DNA from: a virus
IMG/VR virus record: IMGVR_UViG_3300045988_115074
Coordinates: 173,303-237,302 of that record
DNA: 64,000 bases
Reading direction: 5' to 3' (one strand)
Part shown: positions 1 to 11,317 of the stretch, piece by piece
How positions within the stretch are numbered: position 1 is the stretch's first letter
Layout: each line of letters begins with the position of its first letter
The notes under the pieces: generated by a model
What the model saw: only the letters and a program-made list of their open reading frames with translations
Told to the model about the DNA's origin: nothing
Database searches by the model: none
Position numbers and translations under genes: made by a program

Positions 1-1196
1 AATTTCCAGAAGCCATCGTTACTTACGCTATCTAGAGTTGGTGTATCACCGATATCGCCAGTTTTAGCTTTTTCGTTTTCATCTTGTTGTGGTTCACCAT
101 CTTTACTAGGTTTATCTGCATTATACATAGCACCACCACCATCTGTTGACATAGAAGTCCATTTAGCAATATAATCAGCTAGTTTAAATGATGTTCTACC
201 ATTTCTATTACGATAAGAAGTATGGAGCATTTGTCTTAGGTCTAGTTTAGTACCTGTAGCCATTTGAATTTCTTCTAATGTTTTATAACGCGCATGTGCT
301 AATCGCTGAGCGCGTGTAGCTACGGCAAATACATCAAACTGAGCGCCTGCTTCGTAACCGGTAATTTTACCTAACGCACCATCTAAGAATTGGTTAATGT
401 GACCATTACCACCGAATGTATTAGGCCATAATGCTTTCATGGCTTTAACATTATTTTCATCCCACTTCAAGTCATCTTCACCAAGAGTTAGGTCATTACC
501 ATTCTCATCTTCACCTGTACCACGATGAATCAAACCTAAGTCTACTAAGAAGTGGTTACAAATGGTTTGTACAGATGACCAATATAATGGCATGTTTGGT
601 TTTAGATAAGCATATTTAGAAGTCGGTACACGTAGGAAGAAATTCTTTGCTTTACCTACCATGCTAATTAAAGCTAGAGGCCAAGCAACAATAGAGACAG
701 CATGTCCAACTAAACGACCTAATTTAAACAATAAAGTATTAATCAAACCTTTATTAATAAATGCTGCTGCGCCTGGGTGGAACATACTAAACAAATAACC
801 AGTTAATGAGTTAAAGGCTAATGTACCAAACCTAAATGTTACTTGTCTATAGTTATCATCAAATGTTTCTGAAAAGTATGGACTTAGACCATCATCGTTT
901 GCACCTTTTCTTGCTTTTAACCAATGTGTATCTGACATAGGGTCTGTAAACAAACAAGGTTGTGGTAAAGGATTAATCACCAAAGAACCACCTGGTGCAG
1001 TATCTTGGAATTTAGAATCTGATGTACTCCATGTCCTTGTCTCTAGTGAAGCACCATCTAATGTTTCTTGGTTAATCATGAAGATACTACGTACCCAGTT
1101 TTTATCGTTAAAATAGCTGGATTTACTGGGTTCTATCTTTCCATCTATTTCACGTACTCTCTTTTGTACGTCCTTATAAGGATTCATGTTACTCAT
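1..1196 (-). CDS. hypothetical protein, C-terminus cut by window edge (downstream of tape-measure gene, probably tail module)
   Basis: Own reading of minus strand: ATG at 1196-1194 with AGGAG 6 nt upstream; frame stays open to nt 1 (MSNMNPYKDVQKRVREIDGK...); absent from ORF track because no stop lies inside the window. Confidence 0.7.
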   Translation of the reverse strand, partial: MSNMNPYKDVQKRVREIDGKIEPSKSSYFNDKNWVRSIFMINQETLDGASLETRTWSTSDSKFQDTAPGGSLVINPLPQPCLFTDPMSDTHWLKARKGANDDGLSPYFSETFDDNYRQVTFRFGTLAFNSLTGYLFSMFHPGAAAFINKGLINTLLFKLGRLVGHAVSIVAWPLALISMVGKAKNFFLRVPTSKYAYLKPNMPLYWSSVQTICNHFLVDLGLIHRGTGEDENGNDLTLGEDDLKWDENNVKAMKALWPNTFGGNGHINQFLDGALGKITGYEAGAQFDVFAVATRAQRLAHARYKTLEEIQMATGTKLDLRQMLHTSYRNRNGRTSFKLADYIAKWTSMSTDGGGAMYNADKPSKDGEPQQDENEKAKTGDIGDTPTLDSVSNDGFWK

Positions 1197-1267
1197 GTTT
1201 TACTCCTATTTATCAATCATAGAAAATAATAGACTACCAGTGTGTAAACACTGGCAGTCTGATTACT

Positions 1268-4200
1268 TTATTGGTTACCTTTTCTCATGTTCACTGGAGA
1301 TTCAGCTAAGTTTGGATTAGTTCTAAACTCATTAGAATAATTCACTTTATCTCTAGCAGTGATTTTAGAATCATTAGAAGAAATTTCTTTCTTGCCTTTC
1401 CTTAATTCATCTAAAATATCTGTCAAGAGTTTGGTTTGTTTCTTATTCTCTTTAAGGATATCTTCTGCAACATTGTTAATGGTTTTAGAATGTTCTACTG
1501 ATTTCTTAGTAGCTTGTTCAGAAACATTCTTCATTTCAGATACATTAACTTTATCCAGTTCAGCTTTAGCTGTTTTCAATGCAGTATCCAGAACAGAATG
1601 GTTATCCATTTGTTCTTTATATTTTCTACGAGCCTCTTTGGTTTTATTCAAAGTAGTTTCTACCATGGTAGAATCACTTCTTTCACCAAAGTGTTTTAGA
1701 ATATTTCGGATAGAAGCTTGAAGTTTTGCTACATTGTCTTCTGGTTGGTTTGCTGAAGTACCGTCTTGGTTTAGATGTCCATTGGTTAACGTACTAAGGT
1801 CTGTTACCATACCTGTTAAATCGGATATGTCACCTGTATTAGTGGATTTAGTAATGTGTACTTCATTCTCACCTGACTGTGATTTAGCCAAAGCATTTTT
1901 CAATGAAGTCTTAGCATCTAAACCTTTTAAATCACCTGTAGATTTAGAACCAGTTTGTATTTTAGGAATACTTGGGTTATTACTACTGGTTGAACCACTA
2001 GCTGCTTTTAGTTTGGCAGCAGCTGAGTTATTACCAGATACTGCTGCTGGTTTTGGAGTAGATTTTGGTAATGATACCATGCTGTTAGCAGAGCCATTAT
2101 AGCTTGCTCCAGCAGGTGCTTTCGCACTACCGTTATAACCTGGTGCTAACCTAACTGCAACAACCATGTTTTTAGTACAACTAGATTCAGTTACAGCACC
2201 ACCTTGGTTACCAGCTTTAGCACCACCTTGGTTACCACCAATGTATCGTACTTTACCACCTTGTTCACCTAAACAGAAGGCAACATGGAAACCATTGTGG
2301 AATTTAATTACCACAACAGCACCATATGGATATGTTCCTGGCATAGCTGGCTGACCCCAGTTTTTATAGGAAACCGCAGCAGCACTTTTTGTAGAACGAA
2401 TACCTACAGACTCTAAGATGTAACTTACGAAAGAAGCACACCATGTTGTTTTACCACCGGCTTTTAAACCACAGACTGCATGGAATTGTCTTACTGTACT
2501 ATCGCCACTAACTTCATTCAAACCAAGGTATTTATAAGCTGCCGCCATCCATGGAGTACTACCATTACCTTGTGGTTTACCGGCATTTTCTGGTACACCA
2601 TTAGCTGTCGCCCATTGTCTACCATATTCGTTAGCTTCGTTATTAATTCTAACTAATGCGGCTTGCTTTTCAGATGCTGATAATGTTTTGTTTTCATTAA
2701 CCATCTTACGAGCAAGATTAAATGAGCGCATCTTATCCATGTACTCTTTATCTGGAGCCATTGTACTCTTACTAAAGCCAGAGTTAGCCCAATCGTATCT
2801 AGTAGATTTACCAGCTACATTAGGATTAACACCTCCGCTAGGCATTGAACCAGCGGTAGTATTTGTACCACCAATAGGAACGTCTACACCAAATGAACGG
2901 TGTTTAGCAAACATGTTATTAGTAAGTTGTGCACGTACTTGACCAATTGTACCAGAATAAGAAGGATTAGCTCTTGCTGCTTGTGGGAACAATGAAGCAA
3001 ATGAAGCATTATCACCAGCTTGTAGGGCTTTTCTTGCACCACCTAATCCTAGGAAGTGTGCTAAGTAAGCATCACCTGGTTGAACGTTATTGGTTACTTT
3101 TCTCAATGCTTCAATATTATCCTTAACATATTGGGCACCTAAGATGGCATTCGCTGCACCATTAGTAGCAGGAGTACCAGCAGGGATATTATATTTAGGA
3201 CCATATTGTTTTAACATTTGTTTCCAAGTACCATCAATGAATTGGAACAAACCAGTTGCACTAGAACCTTTTGCTCTAATACCAGGTTGGAAACCAGACT
3301 CTTGTGCTGCCATACCTGCTAACAAACCAGGGTCTACACCTACTACTTTAGCAGCTGCAACAATGGTGTCTTTTACAGCAGCCCAGCTACCAGAACCAGT
3401 AGGTTGAGGTACATTGGCTAAACTACCGCCAGCACCATCACCAGTTAATGCTTGTATGTTTGCCATAGTACCATTAGCTAAGTTAGATGCAAAATCGCCA
3501 GCAGCTTCTAGGGCTGATTTATCACCGTTCCACCAGTCTGAGACATTTTGTTTAAAACTATCCCAAGCATTGCCTGCTGTATTCTTAAATGTATTCCAAA
3601 GATTAGAACCGTAATTTTTTACCTTATCCATGGCACTAGATAGTTGACCCATGGTAGTAGACTCGTTAGCTTGTTCAATGGCTTTAATCTTACCTTCGGA
3701 ACTACCTTTAGATTCTACATCTTTTTTCAGATAATTAACATCAGCATCGGCAGATGCTTTATTGGTATTTAGTGTATAACCTTCCCATGGTGAAACAGTA
3801 CATGACCATACGGAACCGTATTTACCTTCACTGTTCATCATGGTAGTCGCAATAGCCATTTGTTCAGATGGTCTAGCACGTGAAATAACAAAGATATCTG
3901 TAGTATCCAATACTGAACGTACACCATTCATTAAGTTTAAGAATGCTGGTAAGAAACGACCACCAATATACATGGTGAGGCGTTGTAAACCAGAAGTATC
4001 GTTTTTATCAATACCAAATAAACCACAAGCTTTAATGACTAATTCTGCTATATCACCTTTATAGGTTGCTTTGCCTTGAGAAATAGTTACGTTTTCTTTC
4101 ACCATTAATTCTAAACGAGCTAATGTACTAATACGGTCTGATTCGCTTAAGCTAGATAAACCATATGTTTTATAACGAATAGCGTTAAATGGGTCGTAAC

Positions 4201-7200
4201 CTTCTTGCTGAGTAGGTGCAGTTTCAGCACTGTCTGATTCAAATAAACCAAAACTACTCGCTAAACCAGTAATAATACCAATACCAGGAACAGCAGCAAA
4301 TAAACTAAACTTACCAGCACCTTTAATAAAGTCTGTAACAGGTTTACTCTCAGTCGCACTGGCTGCTAATGCACCACCTGCGGCGGCTGCTGCTACACCT
4401 ACACCCATTGTACCAATATCTTTAGCTTTTGACTTATCTAAGCCAGCTTCTATTTTAGCAGTTTCAGCATCTTTCTTAGATTGCTCTTGTAATCCATTTG
4501 CCATTGCAGCGCCTTGTGCAAACTTAGCACCTTCTGGAGTGGATTTAATCTTAGCTAAAATATTATCAATAAAGCTAATTGCTTGGTCACCTGAACTGTT
4601 AACAGCAGCGTCTTTAAATGGAGATTGTGTAGAATTATATTCGCCTGGTTTTGGTTTAATACCTACGTAGTATTTGTATTCTTCTTGGTCTTTTAAATCA
4701 TAAGCATCTTCAGCACTATACTTAGGATTAATACCTTTTAATACACTCATGGTTTTTGTAAACACAGGTTTAAACCTAGAGTTATACCAGTACATCCAGT
4801 TAGCTGTATGTTCTTGATCCTCTTTATCGACATCGAATAGTTCCATTACATCTTCAATGTCTAATTTAGATTCATCGATGGAAATCTGTCCATTTACATA
4901 ACGAACAGCTTCGTCTAACATATTCTCAAACTTCAGAATAATCTTAGCTTTCTTCTCATCTTCATCTGGATTAAAACCATACATTAACAAACGTGCTTTT
5001 ACTTTGTCATTGATTTTGGTATCATTTTTCAGTAGTTTATAAAGACCATAACCTACTGCACCTACAGCGGCTGTACCTAAGATAGCCCAACCAATTGGGT
5101 TAGTAGCTAAGAATGTAGCTGCGGTACCTAGACCACTGGCTAAGCCACCTAAACCAATACCTGGAGTCATTGCAGCAGATAAAGCTAAACCACCCGCATC
5201 CCATGCAGCATCACCAAAGTTACCTTGAGCAAGATTACTTGCCATGGATACACCAGAAGTTACCATACCTAGACCACCTAGGAGTTTACCACCTAGTTTA
5301 GCAGAACCACCCATGAGTTTACCGGCTATACCACCTGCTTTTGTACCTCCAAATAAACCACCAGCAGCTTTTCCTATAATGCCTGCACCTGGTATCTTAG
5401 ATGCTACTTTACCTAAAAAGCCACCAGCTGCTTTACCACCTACCGATGCCGCTTTACCGCCACCTTTCAAACCCATTAAGCCTAATACACCAGCACCTAC
5501 GGTTTTAGCACCATCCCAAAGTGTACTTAACAAACCACCACTTTCTTCCTCTTCACCTTCTTTATCACCTTTCTTTTTACCTTTGCCAAAACCAAATGGT
5601 AAAAGACTTGCAATCATAGAGGCTAATCGGAAATCTCGCTTAGCTTGTTTTTCGTCTTCAGCTTTTTCTTTCTTCTCTTCTGCTCGTTTCTTACGGTTAT
5701 CAGCCATGCCATTTTCACGTAAACCATCACCATCTACATCACCTAAAGTGCCTGCAGGTAATGGGATACGTTTATCTAAGAGATTATAAATAGCATAGAG
5801 GTATCGATTGGTATCGTTAACTAAAGCAAGATTCAGGAACATACCATCCATTGCTGATTTTACTTTACCAATACCTTTATCGAAACCAGATTTAAATCCA
5901 GAAGCGGCACCTGATAGTACAGCCCAACCAATCTTAGCTGCACCTACAGCTAAGTTAAAACCAAATCGAGCTAATTTAAAACCACCGACTACAGTTTTAA
6001 CACCTAAGTTCACACCTTTAGAAACTAAGGTACCAGCCATGTTGGATAGTTTCTTAGCTACTAATTTACCCATTGTACCAATCTTGTTACCATTTTTATC
6101 TACTAAACCTTTTTCGATTTCTTCTTGGGTAACAATGATAGTAGGTGTACCAGTTTCTTGCATTTGTCTGATATCGTAAATAGGCCCTACCATTTTACGA
6201 GCATCAGTTACGTAGTCATTTGTACCTTCATCGTAATACATTCTATCTTTAATATCACGAGCTAACATTACTGGGTTTTTCAAGTCACTAGGTAAGTATA
6301 CGTCTACTTGTAAAGCATTAGCATAACCTTCTTTTACTCTTCCGTAAAGATTATGTTTCTTAGCTAACATATGTCCTGCTGCTAATATAACACCGGCTGG
6401 GCCTAATAGTGCTGCGCCTACTGCTAAGCCACCTAATTTACGAAGTACTTTTTTCTCTTTAAACCAATTCATTGCTTTTACAACAGTTGGTTTATTCTTA
6501 AACATTACAATAGAATCTTTAAACTCATCGTAGGTTAATAAGAGATTACCTTCTTCATCGTAAATTGAACCTTGGATGTCTTCCCATTTTTTAATGACTT
6601 TACCTTCAGCTGTACGGTATTTACCCATCATGAAATCTTTGGCTTTTAAGATAGGCTCAGGTGTGCCTTGTCTATAGACATCCATGAATTTATCTTTAAG
6701 TTTATTTGATTTATCGTTATAAAAATCTTGTACATTCTTCATGTACTTATCTTTATTATCTCTAAATAAATCAATAGCACCACCAACAACACTAGCACCC
6801 ATACCAAAGGCTGCAGGTATACCTGTTCTAAATGGCCATGTACCAATACCCCAAAGGAACTCTGCATTTTGTCTAAGCAAAGATTTCTTTTGGTCTTCTA
6901 TTGATTCATTCGGTTTAGGGGGACCCATTACTTGGCGTTTACGTCTAAAGATATTATTAGCAAACTGCCACCAACGCTTACCTGTTTGTGTGGTAGGGTC
7001 ACTATTCTCTACTTTATCTGAAATAGCTAATGAACTTAAAGTATCCAATTTCTGTACAGCTACTTTTAAATACAGATTGGTTAGAGTTGTATTATCAGCA
7101 ATGATTTCTAAATTAGATTTACCTTCTTTGTTGCTACCGATTTGGGTATTAAGTGTATTCTTAATAGAATCAAATGCATCCGTAGATTTTTCAGCAGTTC

Positions 7201-9721
7201 TTCTGAACATATTGATAAATTTTTGGATAGCTGAAGGACCACCCATTTTCTCAACATCTTCTTGATTGATGACATATTCGTCTTTATGGACTACACCAGC
7301 CAATTCGTCTTCTGAATTACCAGAAGTAGATTTACCTGTATAACCACCAGATGCAAAGCTACCCATTTTCTCTAATTCACGTACTGTCATTGAATCAGTA
7401 TTATTAGGAAGATAAGGTAATAGTTTTCTATTCGGATCGTATCTACCTGATAAATAACTATCTGAAATTGTTCTACCTAATGCTGTATTACCAAAACCAC
7501 TTCTTGTTCTGTTGTTTTGATAAGCCAATGCTGATGCGGCATTATGTCCAGAATTTCTATATGCTAACTTATTATCGTATTCATCTGTATAATAATCGCG
7601 CATGACATTTCTAAAGTCATCACGTGACATTTTATTCAGATTAGACATGAAACTATTATAGCCAATTTTACCATCAACTGTAACTACACCACTTCGTTTT
7701 AGATAATCTAACTGACCTGTTGCAGATAAATTATTAATTAAATCAATGTCTGGTTCTAAGCCTCTAGTAGCTGAATTAATACTGTCAGCAATTTCTGCGA
7801 AGTTCTCTTCATCTTCTTCGTGATCTCGTCTATTAAGTTCTTTAAACTTCTTAGCGACTATCTCTGCTTTTTCTTTACCTAATAGTGTAGCAAATGTATC
7901 TGGGTTAGAAAGTAATTCTGGTGTTAATGGTTTACCAGATTTACTATAAGAAATTAATATCTGACCAATTAGATTAGAATCTTCTTTGGTAAATCCATTT
8001 TTATATTCTAATTTACCAATCTTATTGTAACCGTGTAAATCCAATTTACCCATTACATTTAAACCAGCTGAACTATATGTGTTTGCAGCACTCGCACCTA
8101 ATGCTCTAACTGTTAAATCTTTCTGCATCTCTGAACTTTTTTGGAATCGTCCTGATGCATGGTTATAGTCTAAAAGTTCTGCAGGTGAGCCTGTTCTTAG
8201 CATAGTAATTTCACGCAGGATTCTAGATAAGTATCCTGGGATAATAACATTGACTGATTTATTCATCAGTCTTTGTTGTCCTTCTGGTGTATTAAAATCT
8301 TTATAACCATTAAGATTATCTACATGAATTGCTTTTGCTTTATCTGTAGCTTCATCTACGTGCATTTTTAACCAATCTACAGCACCAAGCATCCAGTCGG
8401 TTATTGTGTTAGATTGTTTATCACCAAGAGAACCATCTGCTTGCTTATCTCTGGTACCTAAGTATTTAACCAAGAATTTCTCAATTTCTTTACTACCTAA
8501 CATCTTAGATAATTCAGGCCCCATGTTATTCTTAAAGCGATTTAATGCAACACCACCTTTAAGAATTTTATCACCGTACTTAGTACCTTTCATGTGTTTT
8601 CTAAGTGATTTACCTATTCTACCGCCTACTAGAGATAACAATGAACCAGAAGCTGCGCCTGCTAGTTTTCTAGTATCAGATCGACCGTCATCAAACATAT
8701 CGTCGGCTTCGTTATCCAGCATGGTTTCAGCCATTGGGAAAATAGCTTCAGTAAGATCACTTAAAGTACCAACATGTTGTGCAATATTTTCACCAATATT
8801 CTTGGTAAGTTTCTCCATGAAACTAGAAGAAATACCACCAAAGAATTTCTGTTTAACCTGTTGTTTTATTGCTTCTGTATTTTTCATCTTAACATAATCA
8901 GGTAAACCAGTATTTAATTTAATATCATTTAATGTTTTCAGTAAAGTAACATTAGATGTCGATTGGTTATGGTAAATATCACTTAACACATGTAATTGTC
9001 TAATACCTAATTCAATCGATTTACGATAATAATTAAATGTATTAGTATTACTAAATAATACAGATTGACGCAATGAAGCATCTACTGATGCGAGTACTCG
9101 GTACTGACCTTCAAAACGCGTTGTTTCAACAGCGTCTTTAGCCAGTTCTTTTTTCTCATCGATTGCTCTTTGTTTTTGTTGGACTTTAGATTGTAAACTA
9201 AACAACTCTCCAAGTGTTTGGTTTATAGAGTTATTTCTTCTGGTTTCCTCAGACTCCTCTCCGCTATCGTATGAATCATCATCACTACCAGCTACTTTAT
9301 TTAATAGATTGGTTACTTTAGTTAGACCATTTCTATCTGCGATAGGGATTACTTTACGCAATAAGCTTTGAGTTTGTTTTTTAACTGAATTGAGTGATTC
9401 TAATGATTCACCAATTGTATAACCTAAGTTATCTTTAGCGTTAGATACTTCATCAAACACTTCACCATATGCTTTAGGAAGTACTTTATTTAATACAGTC
9501 TTCATTCCTTGTTTAGAAATGATACCGTCTGAAATACCTTTAGCTACCTCAGCTGTAGCATTTAATGCAGGAGAACGATTGGATTTATTCTTTTCAAAAT
9601 CCATTGATTCCCCACCACCAAAGAAATCAGCATCATTCATTTCTTTTTCGAAATCAAAGTCGAAGTCGAATTCATTATCCATTGCCATTGCTTTTTGGAT
9701 ATTCTTCTTTTTTCCAAACAT
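1268..9721 (-). CDS. giant tail tape-measure protein (2817 aa) with SLT lytic transglycosylase and CHAP/NlpC-P60-like domains
   Basis: ORF track; lambda-H-type tape-measure motif SGGYTGKSTSG..AGVVHKDEYVINQEDV (nt ~7260-7360); Gly-rich hydrophobic block; SLT block AAQESGFQPG..TGLFQFIDGTW (nt ~2950-3330); Cys/His peptidase block TTWCASFVSY..GFHVAFCLG (nt ~2200-2520); AGGAG SD. Confidence 0.85.
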   Translation of the reverse strand: MFGKKKNIQKAMAMDNEFDFDFDFEKEMNDADFFGGGESMDFEKNKSNRSPALNATAEVAKGISDGIISKQGMKTVLNKVLPKAYGEVFDEVSNAKDNLGYTIGESLESLNSVKKQTQSLLRKVIPIADRNGLTKVTNLLNKVAGSDDDSYDSGEESEETRRNNSINQTLGELFSLQSKVQQKQRAIDEKKELAKDAVETTRFEGQYRVLASVDASLRQSVLFSNTNTFNYYRKSIELGIRQLHVLSDIYHNQSTSNVTLLKTLNDIKLNTGLPDYVKMKNTEAIKQQVKQKFFGGISSSFMEKLTKNIGENIAQHVGTLSDLTEAIFPMAETMLDNEADDMFDDGRSDTRKLAGAASGSLLSLVGGRIGKSLRKHMKGTKYGDKILKGGVALNRFKNNMGPELSKMLGSKEIEKFLVKYLGTRDKQADGSLGDKQSNTITDWMLGAVDWLKMHVDEATDKAKAIHVDNLNGYKDFNTPEGQQRLMNKSVNVIIPGYLSRILREITMLRTGSPAELLDYNHASGRFQKSSEMQKDLTVRALGASAANTYSSAGLNVMGKLDLHGYNKIGKLEYKNGFTKEDSNLIGQILISYSKSGKPLTPELLSNPDTFATLLGKEKAEIVAKKFKELNRRDHEEDEENFAEIADSINSATRGLEPDIDLINNLSATGQLDYLKRSGVVTVDGKIGYNSFMSNLNKMSRDDFRNVMRDYYTDEYDNKLAYRNSGHNAASALAYQNNRTRSGFGNTALGRTISDSYLSGRYDPNRKLLPYLPNNTDSMTVRELEKMGSFASGGYTGKSTSGNSEDELAGVVHKDEYVINQEDVEKMGGPSAIQKFINMFRRTAEKSTDAFDSIKNTLNTQIGSNKEGKSNLEIIADNTTLTNLYLKVAVQKLDTLSSLAISDKVENSDPTTQTGKRWWQFANNIFRRKRQVMGPPKPNESIEDQKKSLLRQNAEFLWGIGTWPFRTGIPAAFGMGASVVGGAIDLFRDNKDKYMKNVQDFYNDKSNKLKDKFMDVYRQGTPEPILKAKDFMMGKYRTAEGKVIKKWEDIQGSIYDEEGNLLLTYDEFKDSIVMFKNKPTVVKAMNWFKEKKVLRKLGGLAVGAALLGPAGVILAAGHMLAKKHNLYGRVKEGYANALQVDVYLPSDLKNPVMLARDIKDRMYYDEGTNDYVTDARKMVGPIYDIRQMQETGTPTIIVTQEEIEKGLVDKNGNKIGTMGKLVAKKLSNMAGTLVSKGVNLGVKTVVGGFKLARFGFNLAVGAAKIGWAVLSGAASGFKSGFDKGIGKVKSAMDGMFLNLALVNDTNRYLYAIYNLLDKRIPLPAGTLGDVDGDGLRENGMADNRKKRAEEKKEKAEDEKQAKRDFRLASMIASLLPFGFGKGKKKGDKEGEEEESGGLLSTLWDGAKTVGAGVLGLMGLKGGGKAASVGGKAAGGFLGKVASKIPGAGIIGKAAGGLFGGTKAGGIAGKLMGGSAKLGGKLLGGLGMVTSGVSMASNLAQGNFGDAAWDAGGLALSAAMTPGIGLGGLASGLGTAATFLATNPIGWAILGTAAVGAVGYGLYKLLKNDTKINDKVKARLLMYGFNPDEDEKKAKIILKFENMLDEAVRYVNGQISIDESKLDIEDVMELFDVDKEDQEHTANWMYWYNSRFKPVFTKTMSVLKGINPKYSAEDAYDLKDQEEYKYYVGIKPKPGEYNSTQSPFKDAAVNSSGDQAISFIDNILAKIKSTPEGAKFAQGAAMANGLQEQSKKDAETAKIEAGLDKSKAKDIGTMGVGVAAAAAGGALAASATESKPVTDFIKGAGKFSLFAAVPGIGIITGLASSFGLFESDSAETAPTQQEGYDPFNAIRYKTYGLSSLSESDRISTLARLELMVKENVTISQGKATYKGDIAELVIKACGLFGIDKNDTSGLQRLTMYIGGRFLPAFLNLMNGVRSVLDTTDIFVISRARPSEQMAIATTMMNSEGKYGSVWSCTVSPWEGYTLNTNKASADADVNYLKKDVESKGSSEGKIKAIEQANESTTMGQLSSAMDKVKNYGSNLWNTFKNTAGNAWDSFKQNVSDWWNGDKSALEAAGDFASNLANGTMANIQALTGDGAGGSLANVPQPTGSGSWAAVKDTIVAAAKVVGVDPGLLAGMAAQESGFQPGIRAKGSSATGLFQFIDGTWKQMLKQYGPKYNIPAGTPATNGAANAILGAQYVKDNIEALRKVTNNVQPGDAYLAHFLGLGGARKALQAGDNASFASLFPQAARANPSYSGTIGQVRAQLTNNMFAKHRSFGVDVPIGGTNTTAGSMPSGGVNPNVAGKSTRYDWANSGFSKSTMAPDKEYMDKMRSFNLARKMVNENKTLSASEKQAALVRINNEANEYGRQWATANGVPENAGKPQGNGSTPWMAAAYKYLGLNEVSGDSTVRQFHAVCGLKAGGKTTWCASFVSYILESVGIRSTKSAAAVSYKNWGQPAMPGTYPYGAVVVIKFHNGFHVAFCLGEQGGKVRYIGGNQGGAKAGNQGGAVTESSCTKNMVVAVRLAPGYNGSAKAPAGASYNGSANSMVSLPKSTPKPAAVSGNNSAAAKLKAASGSTSSNNPSIPKIQTGSKSTGDLKGLDAKTSLKNALAKSQSGENEVHITKSTNTGDISDLTGMVTDLSTLTNGHLNQDGTSANQPEDNVAKLQASIRNILKHFGERSDSTMVETTLNKTKEARRKYKEQMDNHSVLDTALKTAKAELDKVNVSEMKNVSEQATKKSVEHSKTINNVAEDILKENKKQTKLLTDILDELRKGKKEISSNDSKITARDKVNYSNEFRTNPNLAESPVNMRKGNQ

Positions 9722-9841
9722 GATATAATGCTCCTGTTTGTATTTTATTAAAAATTTATATACTCCAATTATATTATTGGGATTTCATAACTTTACGCCT
9801 AGCTTAGTGTTAGGCTACTCTCATTATAAGGAATAATTCTT

Positions 9842-11317
9842 ATGGATGAAAATTACAATAAGAAAGTAAAGGCCAGAACACCTTTTAATCTTTCTTTACT
9901 TAATCTAGATTCTGGAAATATTTATAAACAATTAGGCAAAGTTACTTCTGGTAATATGTTCGATGGTGCTAACTATAACTTGCACCCAGAAGGTCTTTGG
10001 TCTAATGAAATCTTTGGGCCTGTAGGCGACCCATTGCGTTTAAAGAAACAAGCCTATATGGATTTAAATGTAGAGATTCTACATCCTTTAGTTTATCGTG
10101 AATTGATTTCAGCAAATAGATTGTTAGATGAGATTATGGCTGGTACTACATTTGCTGTTTTTGACGAAGAAACGAAACAGTTTGTTCGCTCTAATGCAAT
10201 TGATGGTGAAACTGGTTATGATTTCTTCTTTAGAAATTTTGATAAGTATCAATTACCAGATACTGGTTCACCAAAAAGACGTGAGACTATTAAATTAATT
10301 GAAAAGAATAAAGACATTCTTAAGATTAATAAATTCATTATTCTACAAGCTGGTTATCGTGATGTAGAATTTAAAGATGGTCAGATTTCCCATGATGAAG
10401 TAAACCAAATTTATCGTGAGTTATTGTCTTTAGCTTCTTCGATTGGTAGTACTTCGCATAAATCAAACATGGCTTTATTAAATAATACGCGATATGCTAT
10501 TCAGAAGACAGCTTTAAAACTGTTTATGTACCTAGGTGAAATTACAGGTCATGGTAAGAAGAAATTAATCCAAGGTAAATGGGCTTCACGTAACGTATTC
10601 CAAACTACTCGTAACGTGATTACAGCTCCTAAAGCATCTGGTCGTTTTGCACACGATAAAGATAACCAAGGCTATAATAATATTGTCGTTGGTTTATACC
10701 AGCAATTGGTATCTTGTTTACCATTTGCTATTCGTGGTATTAAAAACAGTTTCTTAAAAGATAAGTTTTCAGACCCTTTGCATCCAGTTAAATTGGTTAA
10801 TAAGAAAACACTAAAAGAAGAAGATGTCTATCTTAATCAAGATTGGTTTGATGTATTCCAATCTGATGAAGGTATTCGTAAACTTATCCATCGTTTTAAA
10901 CCTGATGCTGTTAGACATAAAGCCATTGAAGTAGATGGTTATTATCTTGCGTTAATTTATAAAGGTCCTGATAATACTTTTAAAATCATGAATAGTATTA
11001 CAGAATTACCACCTGGTAGAAGTAAGGAAGATGTACACCCATTAACATTTATCGAATTACTTTATATTTGTACTTACCATGAAATTAACAATACTCCAGG
11101 TTTTGCTACACGATATCCTATTACAGGTATTGGTAGTAATGTTCCTGGTAATACAATTGTCATGACAACTACTAAGACCGAAAAACGTAAGATGTTAAAC
11201 GATAATTGGGAGATAGACGATAATAGTCTAGAGTTTTTAAAATTTCCTGTATACGGAATGGATTTTTTCAATTCCATGAGTCCGCCAGTGACAGCGTATA
11301 AAGGGATGGGCGCGGAT
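9842..11317 (+). CDS. RNA polymerase beta'-like subunit, N-terminal fragment, exon 1
   Basis: GKKKLIQGKWASRNVFQTTRNVITAP resembles beta' [34 protein letters not shown] resembles NRAPTLHRLGIQ; ends ..SPPVTAYKGMGAD, the first half of the NADFDGD Mg site; the stop 2 codons later is read as intronic. Exon end is inferred. Confidence 0.75.

Noticed and set aside
1359-9728. A dozen plus-strand ORFs (60-181 aa) listed in the track inside the tape-measure gene
   Set aside because: All are antisense to a 2817-aa ORF with clear domain content. They are low-complexity (P/L/S-rich mirror translations of the Gly/Ala-rich sense frame) and have no SD.
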